Shown here: positions 24,139 to 36,792 of the stretch, one piece after another
Layout: every line of letters starts with the position of its first letter
Numbering within the stretch: position 1 is the stretch's first letter
Assembly: GCA_965644295.1 (NCBI GenBank)
Contig: CBFFRP010000130.1
Location: forward strand, 1-49,103
Reading direction: 5' to 3'
DNA length: 49,103 bases
From: Paraphysomonas bandaiensis
Taxonomy: Eukaryota > Protista > Chrysophyceae
Notes under the pieces: generated by a model
What the model was told of the DNA's origin: nothing
What the model saw: only the letters and a program-made list of their open reading frames with translations
Databases searched by the model: none
Made by a program: the position numbers and the translations under genes

Positions 24139-26260
24139 ATGGCGGACTCTCAAAATGGAGCCTGTAGAAATAGGAGTGGACTTTATGAGGTTTTCAAGCG
24201 TTTGCAGGAGTTCGCCAAAGACGAGTACCTGCTAATAGGATGTGGGTTAGGTGCAATGACTGTAAATTCTATCACGAATTTATCTTTTCCTTGGATCATT
24301 GGACAGGCAGTGGATAGAGCCGCTAAATCGCATACATCATCGCAGTATCGCGACTATATATTCGGAGCTTCTGCCATACTCCTCGCGGGGTCCCTGGCAT
24401 CGTGGGTGCGCGTATACTGTTTAGGCACCGCAACAGACCGTATATCTGCAAGAATGAAAAGTGCTTTGTTCCAGAGTTATATGGTACAGGATGCCGCTTT
24501 TTATGACGAAGCTGAATCTGGTGAATTAGTCACTGTGTTGGACAAGGATGTCAATGAAGCTGCACAGGTCTTCACTGAACGTTTGTCAGCCACGATACGC
24601 TCACTGAATTCATCTGTGAACGGGTCCATCATGTTATTTCTTAATTCCCCAGAGCTGTGTGGCATTACCCTGGCTTGTGTACCTCTGGTAGGAGTGGGGG
24701 CAATGGCGATGTCCATGAGCACCAGCAAACGCGCTCGTGCTCTCAGAGAGCTTCATAGTACCGTACTTAGTTTTGCCATGGAGCGCTTACGGAGCATTAC
24801 CACTGTGCGTCTAAACGGCAAAGAAAAACAGGAGAGCAGCAGATTCGATAGATACATGGCACAGTGTCTGGAGGAGGGATCGAGCCTCTACTTTAACCGC
24901 GGAGCATTTATGAGCTTCCTTAATCTCGCAACCAACGCCTGTCTGGTGGTTGTTCTGTTTTCTGGTGGAAGGTTAATGGCAAGGGGAGAGCTCACGGCGG
25001 GTAGTCTTACTCGATTTGCCATACAGTCGGCTTTTGTGGGCCTCGGATTTTCTGGTCTCTCGAGTTCTTATTCGGATGCCGTGGCAGCGTTGTCTGCTGG
25101 TGAGCGCTTCTTAGGAGCGCTGGAGAGCAGTCGCGAGGCTGTCCAGCGGAGGGACGAGACTATTGCAAGTGTTGATCCTGTTGATGAAGTTGTACATCGT
25201 AGTCGAGATAGTAGCAGCGGCAGCGATGACTCTTTGGGTGAGTGGGAAAAGAATCTGGACGCAGGGTATGCCACTAGTGCTGCTGGCTCTTCTACTGGTT
25301 TTGCTGCCGTTGTTATCAGGGATTTGCATTTTAGATACCAATCACGTCCCGATGTGCCTGTTTTATCCGGAATATCTTTAAATGCAGCAAAGGGATCTAT
25401 AACAGTAATCGTGGGTCGAAGCGGAGCAGGAAAATCAACTCTTCTTTCGTTGATGTGCGGTTTATATCTACCGTGCGCAGGATCACTTTTGGTAGCTGGT
25501 AGAGAAACACGTTCAGCTGGATGCGAGTGGGTTAGAGGGAAGGCAAGTCAGAGGCTATGTAATTATTATCTCCACGAATTGTATCCACGTACATACGTCA
25601 ATTCTTGTGACCTATCCTTGTTCTGTAGGTCGGTGTTGTGGAGCAATCCGCGGGTTTGTTCTCAGGCACAGTAGAAGAGAATATCCTGTATGGCGCTCCT
25701 GATCCGGTTCGATATTACCATTTTTATCGTTAGTTTCTCAAATCTTATGTCAGGGGTCAACCTGTTTAGATGATATGGAGCGTGTTGCCCGACTAGTCAA
25801 CGCCCACGAATTTATTCGTACTCTTCCGGAAGGATACAAGTCCCAGGTTGGGGAAGGAGGACAGTTACTCTCTGGGGGCCAGAGACAAAGAATTGCGCTC
25901 TGTCGCGCTCTCATAAAAGACCCTCCGATATTGATTCTGGACGAGCCATCCGCGGCTTTGGATTCAGATAACGAGGACCTCCTCATTCAGCAGCTGTTAA
26001 GGTAATTCACATCGCTAGCCCGTTGCTATGATCCGCTGATAAATAACTCGTGCAGACTGAAGCAGAACAAGTGCATTGTAGTATTTACGCACAGTGACGC
26101 TATAATGTCGATAGCGGACACATTACATCTAATGGAAGACGGGAAGATTCTGGCCAGTGGGTCGTATGAAAGTTTGATCGGGTCAGCGCGCCTGCAGAGG
26201 GAGGAGGGACTCAAGGCTGCACTTTCATCCTCGACACGTGCAGGCGGTACATCTTTGTAG
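24139..26260 (+). CDS. ABCB-family half transporter (ABCB8/ABCB10-like); introns 25543-25628 (GC-AG), 25707-25753, 26002-26055
   Basis: TMD, Walker [11 protein letters not shown]-loop GVVEQ after splicing, [21 protein letters not shown]-loop VFTH; TAG ends at 26260. Confidence 0.9.
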
Positions 26261-27454
26261 TAGCCATTAGTAGCTCTAGTTTGAAGACATGGCTACTTAT
26301 AAGAATATATCAGCAACATTATTTATAAATATCAATATTTACTTAATCTTCTGGCGAAAGCCAATAATTGAAACTACCGCATAATATATGAATGTGGACT
26401 GCATTAAAATGTGAAATCGAGATCTTTCGTCTTGTCAGTATGTCTTGATGCTACTCATATAAGACTCAGATCCAACCTAAAGAAACTAAGAACAATTCTC
26501 TTAACTTAATAGAAAAGAAGCAGGTGAGTTGTGGATATATGACACCACAGAACAGAAATGAACAAGGCATATGTGCGAAACGAGAAACAGGCTTGCTTAA
26601 CAATAAATTGAATCGCCGATTTAAATATTTGGTTTAAATATGGTAATTGAAATTATTTTTGATAAATGATGTCAATTAATTGGCTGGCTTAATTATATAG
26701 TATATAGCAATGATCATAAGATGTATAACTACTGATCATAGGTAAAAACCCATTATCTGTTAGCACAGAAGCTTGAAGGTATGTGCACAGTCACTTCATT
26801 AAAATTGTGTGGCAGTATAAGGGTTAAGGGTCAGTATACACTATAACCTTAGCACACAAGAGTAATTGAAGCTAAAAAATGGATCAGGGTGGAAAACCAC
26901 GCCGAGTCCCATGAGGGTTGGAGTGACAATGTTCAAGCTGCATCAACTGGAAGTGTTCCTTTCGACAGTTATGTCACAAACGAAAGGTGTCGCCTTATGC
27001 CTGCCTGAAACGTGAATCAATGGTGCAACGGGGTGGTTATGGATGATGTGTCTTTTCTTTTGTCAAGAGTGAACATTCAAAAAGATACTCTAACTTCATA
27101 TATATAACATGTTGTATTACGACTTCAGTTTTACAGCAATAAAAGTCGCCGAGAAGACAACATACATTATATAGAATATATTATTAATATATACAGTTCA
27201 ACAAGCTATATTATTCAGTCATTAGCATAAACCTACACTTTGTGCAAAAAGACCCCACTACTACGTCGAAGTTTTCCGGTCAAAACATTCTCAGATGAGA
27301 GCACGCATTGACCCCCACCCATTCTGTGGTATAGGCTCTTGTGTCACTATATATATATCTCCCATTGCTGATTTTAGTTCTTTTCTTTGACGAAGTCCCT
27401 ATATATATAATAATATATAGGTATTATTGTTGAAATCGATGTAATGTGACCAAA

Positions 27455-27930
27455 AAATATAGTCTGATTATTTAGCAATAGGCATCTAAGTGTTAAAACT
27501 AAACAGAATCTATCTAGTACTTAATACTAATATAATATCTTACTATTTAACGCTACTGATGAGGATGCTTTCGTGTCGCCGCAAACACCAAGGTGCACCC
27601 ACTTTCGCTCTCTCAGTCCCTATCGTGAACTAGCCCGGATTCTTGACTTCAGCAAGTATCCCAAAATACCCCGAATGCCCTTCAGGTAGGCCCATTCCCG
27701 TATGCCTGTTTAGTCGTCAACAAGGCCCAAACACGTCTATACATAAGAGGCACCTCTATATTAGTGTCCCTTGTACTACTACACAAGTATTTGGCTATGA
27801 GTGGGCAGAACAATAACTGCTGACTATATATTATGCGGCTCAGGATATAGTTTCCCGGAGAAATATCTCCGCCGGTACTTATCCCCCAGAACACCACGAA
27901 AAGGTGCGAGTCGGACCTTTTTGGGGAACC
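27455..27930 (-). mobile_element. Diverged retroposon-like copy: LINE-type 3' module plus structured segment X
   Basis: TTTAGCAATAGGC, TACTATTTAACGCTAC and GTCGCCGCAA..CACCAAGGTGC are shared with the 17009 and 42725 copies; 27760-27925 aligns with 42966-43112. Confidence 0.7.
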
Positions 27931-27983
27931 ATTACTTACATTTTCTAATCAAAATTAGCTTTTAATCTAGGATATACTGTATT

Positions 27984-28312
27984 TATTGAACTACAACCAA
28001 CTCCTACGAGCGTACTTGAAGTTTGGTAAAAGGCCTATCGCTAGTAGCTATCCTGTATTCTATGTAGCAATGAAATACAGACTACACTATTATAGGAGTA
28101 GCTATATATTACAAGTATACAAAGAAACTGAAAATATAGTAGCTATTTAAGATACTACTTTTTGTAGAACAGAATGTTGATGATGGTAATTGACGTGGTT
28201 CCTAAATCACAGTGCTACAACATCATAATTTTCACTATATTATATTATAAGATATTATCTCTCTTAACATAAATCAGTCAATACTGCATTAGCTGCAAGC
28301 TTTAAGTTAATA
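27984..28312 (+). repeat. 5' LTR of decayed Copia (TA...TA termini)
   Basis: TATTGAAC...GTTAATA; direct repeat of 31698-32027 with a few substitutions and indels. Confidence 0.9.
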
Positions 28313-28956
28313 TGATGGTAGCGGATGGAAATTTTACGAATGTAGCCTCAGGTTCAAAGGTACCTCTCCCTTCGAGGAACTGAACTTCAAGAAATTGAAC
28401 AACTCCTTCACCTCATTCCTCATGAGACACAATCGAGCCCATCTTGTCCTCTCAAAGGATAAACCAAGACAAATTCATGATCTAGACTCTACAGTTCTAG
28501 CGGGAGCTCAAATGACTGATGCACACCATCTTCTTGGAAAAATTAAAAAGTTCAAAGTTCGACTTGTGGCGAAAGAGTTTATATAGTCAAGAACAAGGAG
28601 TCGACTATAATGAGACATTCTCCCCAGTAGCTATAAAGTTGTATCATTTAGGCTTGCACTGGCTCTACGATACAACCTGCAACTCCGTCAACAACTCGAT
28701 GTGGAAACTGCCTTCCCGTATGCTGATCTGGAAGAAGACGTGCAGGAGTAGATATTCCACAGGCTTGTTGTTTGAAGATTTTGAAGAGTCTGTACGGCCT
28801 GAAACAAGCGCCTAGAAACTGGCATTCGATGCTGAAGGATAGTATCAGGGCAACATTATGATGGGGTATAAACAAATTGAATGCACTCTTGACCCATGTT
28901 TATTTGTACTCAAGGGTACTGATGGTCACCGACATAATAATATGATACTTGTGTAT

Positions 28957-30157
28957 AAGTTGTTGGTGTGATCGTGAAACCTGGTAAAGTGATTTCACCA
29001 GGTTTCATATATTATATATGGAAAAAAGTGTCGTATAAGTACTTATTTGAAGACTATATAGAGTTAATGTTAATTACAATTTAGTTGTTGTATATTTTCA
29101 ATTATATAATATATTTTAAAAATATTTTACTAAAATAATATTGTATTATATATATTGTTACTTTTTTATATATAAATCTACTGTAATAATACTTTTGAAA
29201 ATCTCACATCAACGTAAAACTATATATAATATACATTATACACATCATACAATATACATGATTAGATACTATATTATTTATTACTTTAAACTATAAATGA
29301 AACACAGTGTAGTTTCTAGCTACTTTTACGGCAGGGTAAAAGCTTACTGTACGTGAAATGCCTTTGAAGCATAGAAGTGACAGTCCTTTCTTCTGCATCA
29401 TCATATGTAAAAACTACGCAATCAATCATTCTGATTTTGTATTGTAAACATCATACACATAAATGAAGTGCAGTGTATGAGATCATGTATGTATCGTGAT
29501 ACATATACCAGCAGCAGGTGTATTGTTGGCAACAACCCCAAGGGGAGCGACCGAAGGTGCAGGTGGACCGGCGACACCAAGAGGAACTACTGAAGACACA
29601 AGAGGATCGATCACACCAAGAGGAGCGGTTAAAGGTTCAGGTGGGATCAAAGCAGGGGAATAATAGGAAGTGTTCTAACGTGTACAATCAAATGATGGTA
29701 TAATTTTGTCTGTTTGAACTTGTTGGGCCTGTCCACCACACGAGTCTACTCTCCTCAATCCTCTGTATGAGGCTCTCTTTACGACAACACTGTCATGAAG
29801 ACACATGTGACCTTCCTGGAGGGTAGTTAGAAGCCTGCAACTCTGAACCACATACATATTGTAAGAGTGTCATCTGAGAGTGGTATCAGCTCTGCGGCAT
29901 TCTGATGTATGTGTGTGTCTGTCTCTGTGTGCTCAGGAGGTGTGATCCACACAACAATGAACACCTCATCCGATAAACCACACCTCTTGAGCACTCATCA
30001 CTGTCATCAACAAAATGTCACCATATTAACATCTGAAGATACTGACTCAGAAGATCCATCCCTCTATATATATATATGTTGTATGTATAATATATATGTA
30101 TGTTAAGTTATGCATATATATGTACTATGGTCATGATGTGGGTGTTGTAGTCACTAC
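28957..30157. other. 1.2-kb insertion of unknown type splitting the RT YVDD motif
   Basis: 17-bp direct duplication ATATGATACTTGTGTAT at 28940-28956 and 30158-30174; hairpin at 28975-29007. Confidence 0.8.
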
Positions 30158-31217
30158 ATATGATACTTGTGTATGTAGATGATATCATTGTCCTAAGTCC
30201 TGATATAGCCGTCATATCGAAGAGGTCATCAGTGCTTTCAAGACTCAGTATATACGATGCAAGATAATATGGGTGACCTTAAGCACTATTTAGGTCTTAC
30301 TATTGAGCGTGACGATGGCCAGATTAAACTACATTAGTCTGCATAATAATATATTATGCTAAAGATGTTGTGGCCAAATTCAATCACTTGTTGTCAGAAA
30401 AGAAGAAGAGACGGTGCAAGGCAACTACACCTCTACCACCTGGCTTATAAAAAGTTGTCCAAGGATGCAAAAGAGGAAGAAACTCGAAAACAGCGAGAAT
30501 ACACTGGTGCATTCCCCTATCAATCTGTTATATTATTGGTGCCCTACTACTAATGTACTTGGCAGTGTTGTGCACACTATACCGGATATGGCATATTATT
30601 CTGTAAATCTTCTCTTCAGGTTCACCACAAGACCCACGTATGCTGCTTGTCAAGAGCTGCTCTGCATACTCTACTGTACTTGGAAAATACAGTTGATCAA
30701 GAAGGTATTATATTTCCTAATTTCACAGATGAAGACCCTCTATACATGTGTATTCTGATGCTGATTGGGCAGGGGATCTTGATACCTGCAGAGATCTACT
30801 ACAGGGTATATTGTCTATCTGTGGGTGCTTCAATTGCATGACAGTCCAGACTGCATCCAACAGTGGCTATTCGTCGACTATTGGAAGCTGAATACATGGC
30901 TGCATATGCTGCAATTCAGGAGATTGTATGGATACGAGGGGTGATGACAGAGCTCGTGGATTTGAGCTCAGTAAGGATGCATCTCCAACAATCTTGAATA
31001 TGGACAGCAGGAGTGCGATTGATCTAGCTCAGAACCCGGTAAACATAAACGTTCCAAGCATATTAGAATCAAATATCATTGGATTCGAGAGCAAGTGGGA
31101 GACTGTATTATTGTCACGGCAGAGATGACAGCAGATGTGATGACTAAAGCCTTGTCAGAGAAGCTGCACTATCAGCATGTATGTGCACACTATATGATAA
31201 TAATATCACACTATATT

Positions 31218-31636
31218 AGTCGACCTGGGCACGAAACCTGGGAAGTGGCCAGGTTTTCTTATGAAAAATGCATATCGTTCAGATGTAATATTATGAATTC
31301 TTCTGGATCCATATTCATCAATTAAAATGCTTATAATGACTACTTTGACAACAACATGTTGTTAAAAGTTTTGCTTGTCAGTAACATGTATGTGGTTGTG
31401 TATAAATAATAGTATACATACTATAGCACCATAATATATATATATATTATGTATATATCCGTTACATCATGTTTAGGTTATTATATCCACTCTAACGACT
31501 TGAAATTATAATCAAAATGCAACACCTACTATTACACTAGTTTAAACAAAACGCTGTCTAATTTTAGTCAGCAGTCTCATTTGTAATATTTTCCCAGTTT
31601 TCGACCGTTTCACAACGATTTAGGCCCAGGTCGACT
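31218..31636. mobile_element. 419-bp non-autonomous TIR element (MITE-like)
   Basis: 13-bp perfect TIR AGTCGACCTGGGC / GCCCAGGTCGACT, flanked by TT on both sides; AT-rich non-coding interior. Confidence 0.7.
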
Positions 31637-31697
31637 TTAAGTAAACTTGCTTACTAGAGTATATTATTCTGATATATTTATGTTCATTGAGTGGGAG

Positions 31698-32027
31698 TAT
31701 TGAACTACAACCAACTCGTACGTGCGTATTTGAAGTTTGGTAAAAAGCCTATCGCTAGTAGCTATCCCGTATTCTATGTATAGCAATGAAATACAGACTA
31801 CACTATTATAGGAGTAGCTATTACAAGTATACAAAGAAACTGAAAATATAGTAGCTATTTAAGATACTACTTTTTGTAGAACAGAATGTTGATGATGGTG
31901 ATTGACGTGGTTCCTAAATCACAGTGCTACAACATCATAATTTTCACTATATTATATTATAAGATATTATCTCTCTTAACATAAATCAGTCAATACTGCA
32001 CTAACTACGAAAGCTTAAAAGTTAATA
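31698..32027 (+). repeat. 3' LTR of decayed Copia
   Basis: Follows the purine tract GAGTGGGAG and is followed by TSD GTATT. Confidence 0.9.
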
Positions 32028-32594
32028 GTATTTTTCACTGTAAGTCAGTATGTAGTACTATTCACTATATTCATATTTGAATCTGTAGCAGCTACGCTGC
32101 TACTGTCTACTTTAGTCAGGGCTGTGTAGCAATTAGTTGCAATAACCCTAATCGAATAGTCTTTAGTACATATAGTGCAACTATTAGCACTTAATAATAA
32201 TAATATTATGCAGATATCAGATATAATATTAGCAAAACTTATCTACAACAATCTGGTGAACATCTGTTGATCATATATATATATACATTCACCAGTCAAT
32301 GTGGTATAGTCTATCATGTGTAGCTACCAGAAGCTGAATATACTTCCCTCGCAACCAAATTCACCGTTGCCAACTGAAGAATTGTTTCACCTATTGCATA
32401 CCACGTATAACATATATATCATCATCAGAAACTCAACATATCAGACATTACTTAAAGAACACCATACGCTGGAATTATATTAACACTATTTGACTTTCAA
32501 GTGTCTCTAACAGCCAACACACATTGACTATGTCTTATATAAATGTATATTCAGAGAAGTTTTATTGATCGCACAAAACAAACATTTTGACAAT

Positions 32595-34068
32595 TCATTT
32601 CTTGGATCTGCGACTAGAACTTTTTTCCCTTCCGTTGCTTTTACTCTCAGACTGATCGTCGACTCCATCATCAGGATCGACAGGTCCTCCATTGTCACCT
32701 GAAATTGTCGCCGATCCTGAGTTCTGCGCTGCCATGCGAGCCTGCATTGCCTCCCTTCTTTCCAGTTCCTATACCAAACCCCCGTCAAAAACCAATAGAA
32801 GTACAACATATATTCAGGTACTCACCTGGACATATCTCTTCAATATCGCATCGCGTTGAGAGCGCATCTCATCTATTTCTGGCTCTGGATGCTCCGACTC
32901 TTCTCCAGCTGTCTCTTCACCACCAGCTCCTCCTTTTTTAATACGAAGTTCGTCATCCGGAGGAGACTCAAATGTCGTCTGTAGATGTCGGGCAAGTCTA
33001 ACTTGGCAATGAAAAAACTATACGTGTACTATATTTTACTCACCTCCCCCAGCACTCCCGTGTGAGTCCACTCTGGGTTAGAAAATTAGCCAAATCCGCC
33101 TCCGAGTTCGCCAGACGCGACTGCAGCGTATGGTTATCGTGGATGTGACGTATCTACAACAGATATCCTACCTTAGTAGCGCCACTGGGTCCTTTGGAAG
33201 GATGGGAGAGAGACTCCGGGCCTCCATCGCTGGCCCTGGACCCGAGCAGGATCCTATCAAAGGAATCCCTGCCTGGCGTAACGTGTACCGGCTTTTCATG
33301 GTTAGTCTCAGAGACCTGTCGTAAGCTGGATCTGAAGCAAACCGCGTTAATGACGGCCTTGAAATTGTCCCTTAGTGAAGGGTCCATGGCGGAGGTAGTC
33401 AATAGTGTTGCGCCATAATAGTGACAAACAAATCGTAGTACTTGTGTGGCCACGCGCCGTTCCACAGACCCCACGTCCTTGAATATATCATACTTGTTGG
33501 CAACAACGAAAAACGGCACCTTTGATAGTGAAACAATCCGTTCATCGGAATGACCAGCGAACTGAGCAAGTCTTGCTTCATCCATTTCAAGAGGTGCATC
33601 AGGATAAGCTGAGTTATACTCAGAAATCTTCCGAGAAATAACCTCTCGAGTCAACTTTATCCACTGGCGCATAGACTGCAGGATATTGTGAGGCTTCGAC
33701 AAATCGCAACATATGACAACTGATAAATTTTTAATACTACGCACACTAATCGGGATGTCTAAAAGGCCTGGCTCTTGTATGTCACCTCCTAACTCCCATA
33801 TATGGGCAACACTTTTAGAGTTGTTTGATGATGTGGCATTCTTCTTTCTAGCGAACGAGTAATCTAGGGCAAAAGTAGGTTTAGGTTGTTTCGAAGACCC
33901 AGCTTTTAAAAAGGAATTGATTAATGTTGTTTTCCCACTCCCAGGGTCACCGACAAACAAAACTGTGGTCTCCTGTGCATCCGAATCAATATCTATCGAC
34001 TCGGACTCTATTTTTGTCCATAAATCATCCACTCGGTTTTGCTTTGTCTGTGTTTTGGACCTGGACAT
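32595..34068 (-). CDS. DYNC2LI1: Cytoplasmic dynein 2 light intermediate chain (IFT dynein); introns 33121-33171, 32998-33043, 32769-32825
   Basis: P-loop GDPGSGKTT, KPTFALDYSFARK, VAHIWELGG, DLSKP, NKYD, LRFVCHYYGA, spliced C-terminal EPEIDEMRSQRD. Likely ATG at 34068 (MSRSK). Confidence 0.9.
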
Positions 34069-34651
34069 GAAATTTTTAGTTGAATGAGGCGCTAACAAGA
34101 GAATGTGGCGCCAATATGTATTTTGAGTTGGAAGATATAATATAAATAGGGTAGGGACAGGTGTGAATAATATACAGAGCTGGTGTATGCAGTGTTGCAC
34201 TCTCCATACAGGTAAATTCAAAAACCGCCATCTGCTATCAAATAACTCTATTTATATACAGCAGTATATACAGAATTTTTTTCGATTTGGTTACGCAGTG
34301 ACTTCTGCAGAGTGTAAACCATCAAAGTGGGAGACAAAAAATGAAGAACAGCCGTTTCCTATATACTGGCCGAGGGTTCTTCTAAAAATACAATACTGTA
34401 ATTAAATTTTACGAGCTTTCGGAAAAAATGATTTTTTTTTATTACGGTGTATAACAGAAATCAACATACGAATTTCAAATTTCAAAATATTGGAATATAT
34501 AGAGTGTCTAGGAAGATATACACAGCGCACTGCTCTGTATGTCTTCTCACCACACTATGAAGAGGCAGTATGGGTTTTCTGACTTGTGGTCTTGATATCG
34601 AAATGTACTAAATTACATCACATCTAATTGATACGTGAAGGCGATAAATAT

Positions 34652-36792
34652 ATGGTCTTAATGAGGAAAAGTGCTCCCAAGAAAACGAAAACTTCCTCGA
34701 AACAACCACTGGAGAACGTAATATGTTGTGTGGAGACTTTTAATTGCGATGGCAGCGATGCAAGCGCAAGTACCAAAACGGCTCTACAGGTGAAGTAATT
34801 CAACCATCATGTGTCTTTGGTACCTCTGACGTATGATGTAGGCAATGGGGGCAACAGTGGACTCCGATGGTATCAAAATGGGACTTACTCATATGATTTG
34901 GTCGAACGGCAATACGAAGCATGTGAAGGCCGCCGAGTTCATGGTAGGAATAAAGTGCGCCTATATAATAAATTAACAACCTTCAGGATATAATCGTGGT
35001 CTCACCTCTCTGGGTTGAGCAGTGCCATGAATCGAATGCACATGTTCCTGAGTCGGATTTTTTGGTATCTCTCAATGGAACCTCAGATACAGCTGCTACA
35101 GCGAAACGCTTCGAAGCTGAACCCACTCTAGCTGAAGCCGATTGTCTACCCGACCCATCCTCACCGTCGTTTAGTAGTTCCCAGCGATTCTCTTCAGAGG
35201 TATCCAGCAGACCTCTTCGCGATATTAGCACCAGCGCAGGAAACCGATCCCGACCCTCGAAGAGCTCTACTTCAGAATGTAAGTACAAATGCAGGGATGA
35301 CAATAAAGTAGTTAAGCCCAGCGGTGCTGAAAATGAAAATAAATTATCTCATCCTTCTCCTGACACGGCTTCTATTGCCTCGAAATCGTCGTCTAAGGCC
35401 TCCAAGGCACTGAGGAAAAATAGCACAACGAAGTCGTCTACGTCATCCATTAATAACACAACTACTAGTAGTACAGAGGAAACAGCCGGTAGTACAGTCT
35501 CGAAAACATCGTCTCACACAATTAGCTCTAGCTCTCGAAAGAGCAAGAGTTTAAAATCGCCTAGGCTTTTTGCCCTTAGTGGGTTTGAAGGGGAAGACCG
35601 TGCGCTACTAGGAGACATATCCCAAACGCTTGTAACACTTCACCCCGACTCCTCTCTCGCGTCTGATGATGATTTTTCGCTTTCGACCCTCACGGGGTGC
35701 ACGCATATTGTTGCTGCCTCTAACCAGCCTAGGTATATTACGCGTTTCGTGGCTGGTTTCATTGCCCACTAACTTCTTTCGTCAGACGTACGCTGAGAGT
35801 GCTGTTTGCTCTGGCCGGGGGCGTTCCTGTGGTGACTGAGCAGTGGTTGTTTGCCTCTCTTGAGGCAGGAGAGTTTGTAGACTATACACCTCACTTGCAT
35901 CCTCGTTTCTCGCATGTATCGCTAGTTGAGAGGGATCCTCTGCCTGTGTATGTCGGCATGTGTAAAGATCCAACCCGACACAAGTTAAAGGCCCTCGTAA
36001 ATCACTGGGCCGGTTATACCAAGGATACTCAAGTTCTCTCTGAAGCACAGATTGTAATCACAGGTATTTCTTCGTAAGAGTTTTTTATCGTGGCGCTTAA
36101 TTATGTCGCTTTCAACTTTGTTAGAGGGCATAGGGGAATTGCAACGGTCTTTATCGAAGGAGGATGCAGCATATTTAATGAAGTTACGCGAGTCCCGTCG
36201 CGTACTTACCTGTAAGGTAGACTATCATACCTAATGTCTTTACTTTTCCTGAAACATTATTCCTAAGGATTTCTTCGACTGCATTGAATCAGGATCTATT
36301 ACATCGGCATTGGAGTTGACGAATCTTCCTGTTTCAGACAACAAGACCTCAGTGTCCACACCATTAATGCACAAGCCTATCTCAAAAGGCAGAAGCGGTA
36401 GTAGTAACAACAGAAAAGGGGGTGGCACTTTAAAACTTGCACTTGCCACAGAAGAGTCTCCTCCGTTTCAAACTCTAAAGTCTCTTCCATCATTGGCCCC
36501 CGCCGTTGTGGATGATGCCGACGCATGCAGCGACGATAGCAAGTCGGAGGAATCAGTCATAATTGCAGGAAAGCGACGCCCATCATCAGTATTGTTGCCG
36601 TCGGCGGCGAGGAAAAGAAAACCTGGTGGAATATCTGCTAGAGGCACTCGTGGCAGTGCGGTGAGGGCCAAGACTGAGTCACCACCCCCCCCTATCGAAT
36701 CACAAGAAGGGGAGGAAAGTGAGGAATTGGAGTGGGAGGACAAACAGTTACCAGAAAGTTCTGTAATCGAAATTGCTAGCCCGTCGTGGTAG
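34652..36792 (+). CDS. MCPH1: Microcephalin (MCPH1)-like BRCT protein; introns 34790-34841, 34944-34986, 35733-35785, 36064-36124, 36217-36267
   Basis: Spliced N-BRCT PLENVICCVE..MGATV..THMIW..VVSPLWVEQC..AHVPESDF parallels human ILKDVVAYVE..MGAKV..THVIF..LVSVLWVEKC..AHIDESLF. Ser-rich linker, then BRCT THIV..RTLRVLFALAGG..WLFASLEAG. All joins keep frame. Confidence 0.75.

Larger units (their letters stand above)
27984..32027 (+). mobile_element. Decayed Ty1/Copia LTR retrotransposon, internally deleted (no protease or integrase seen) with two nested inserts
   Basis: LTRs 27984-28312 and 31698-32027. TSD GTATT at 27979-27983 and 32028-32032. PBS TGGTAGCGG at 28316; PPT-like GAGTGGGAG. RT/RH remnants FKVRLVAK, GVDYNETFSPV, LKKSLYGLKQAPRNW, YVDDI, DADWAGD, ADVMTKAL. 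Confidence 0.93.

Noticed and set aside
26818-26830. TAAGGGTTAAGGG telomere-like motif
   Set aside because: Only two units; chance level.
27556-27580. CTGATGAG-stem-loop resembling a hammerhead ribozyme core
   Set aside because: Followed by GCAAAC rather than GAAA, no stems I/III found, and homologous copies lack CTGATGA.
34069-34221. N-terminal extension of the DYNC2LI1 ORF
   Set aside because: Non-ATG start with no homology; MSRSK at 34068 fits the family.
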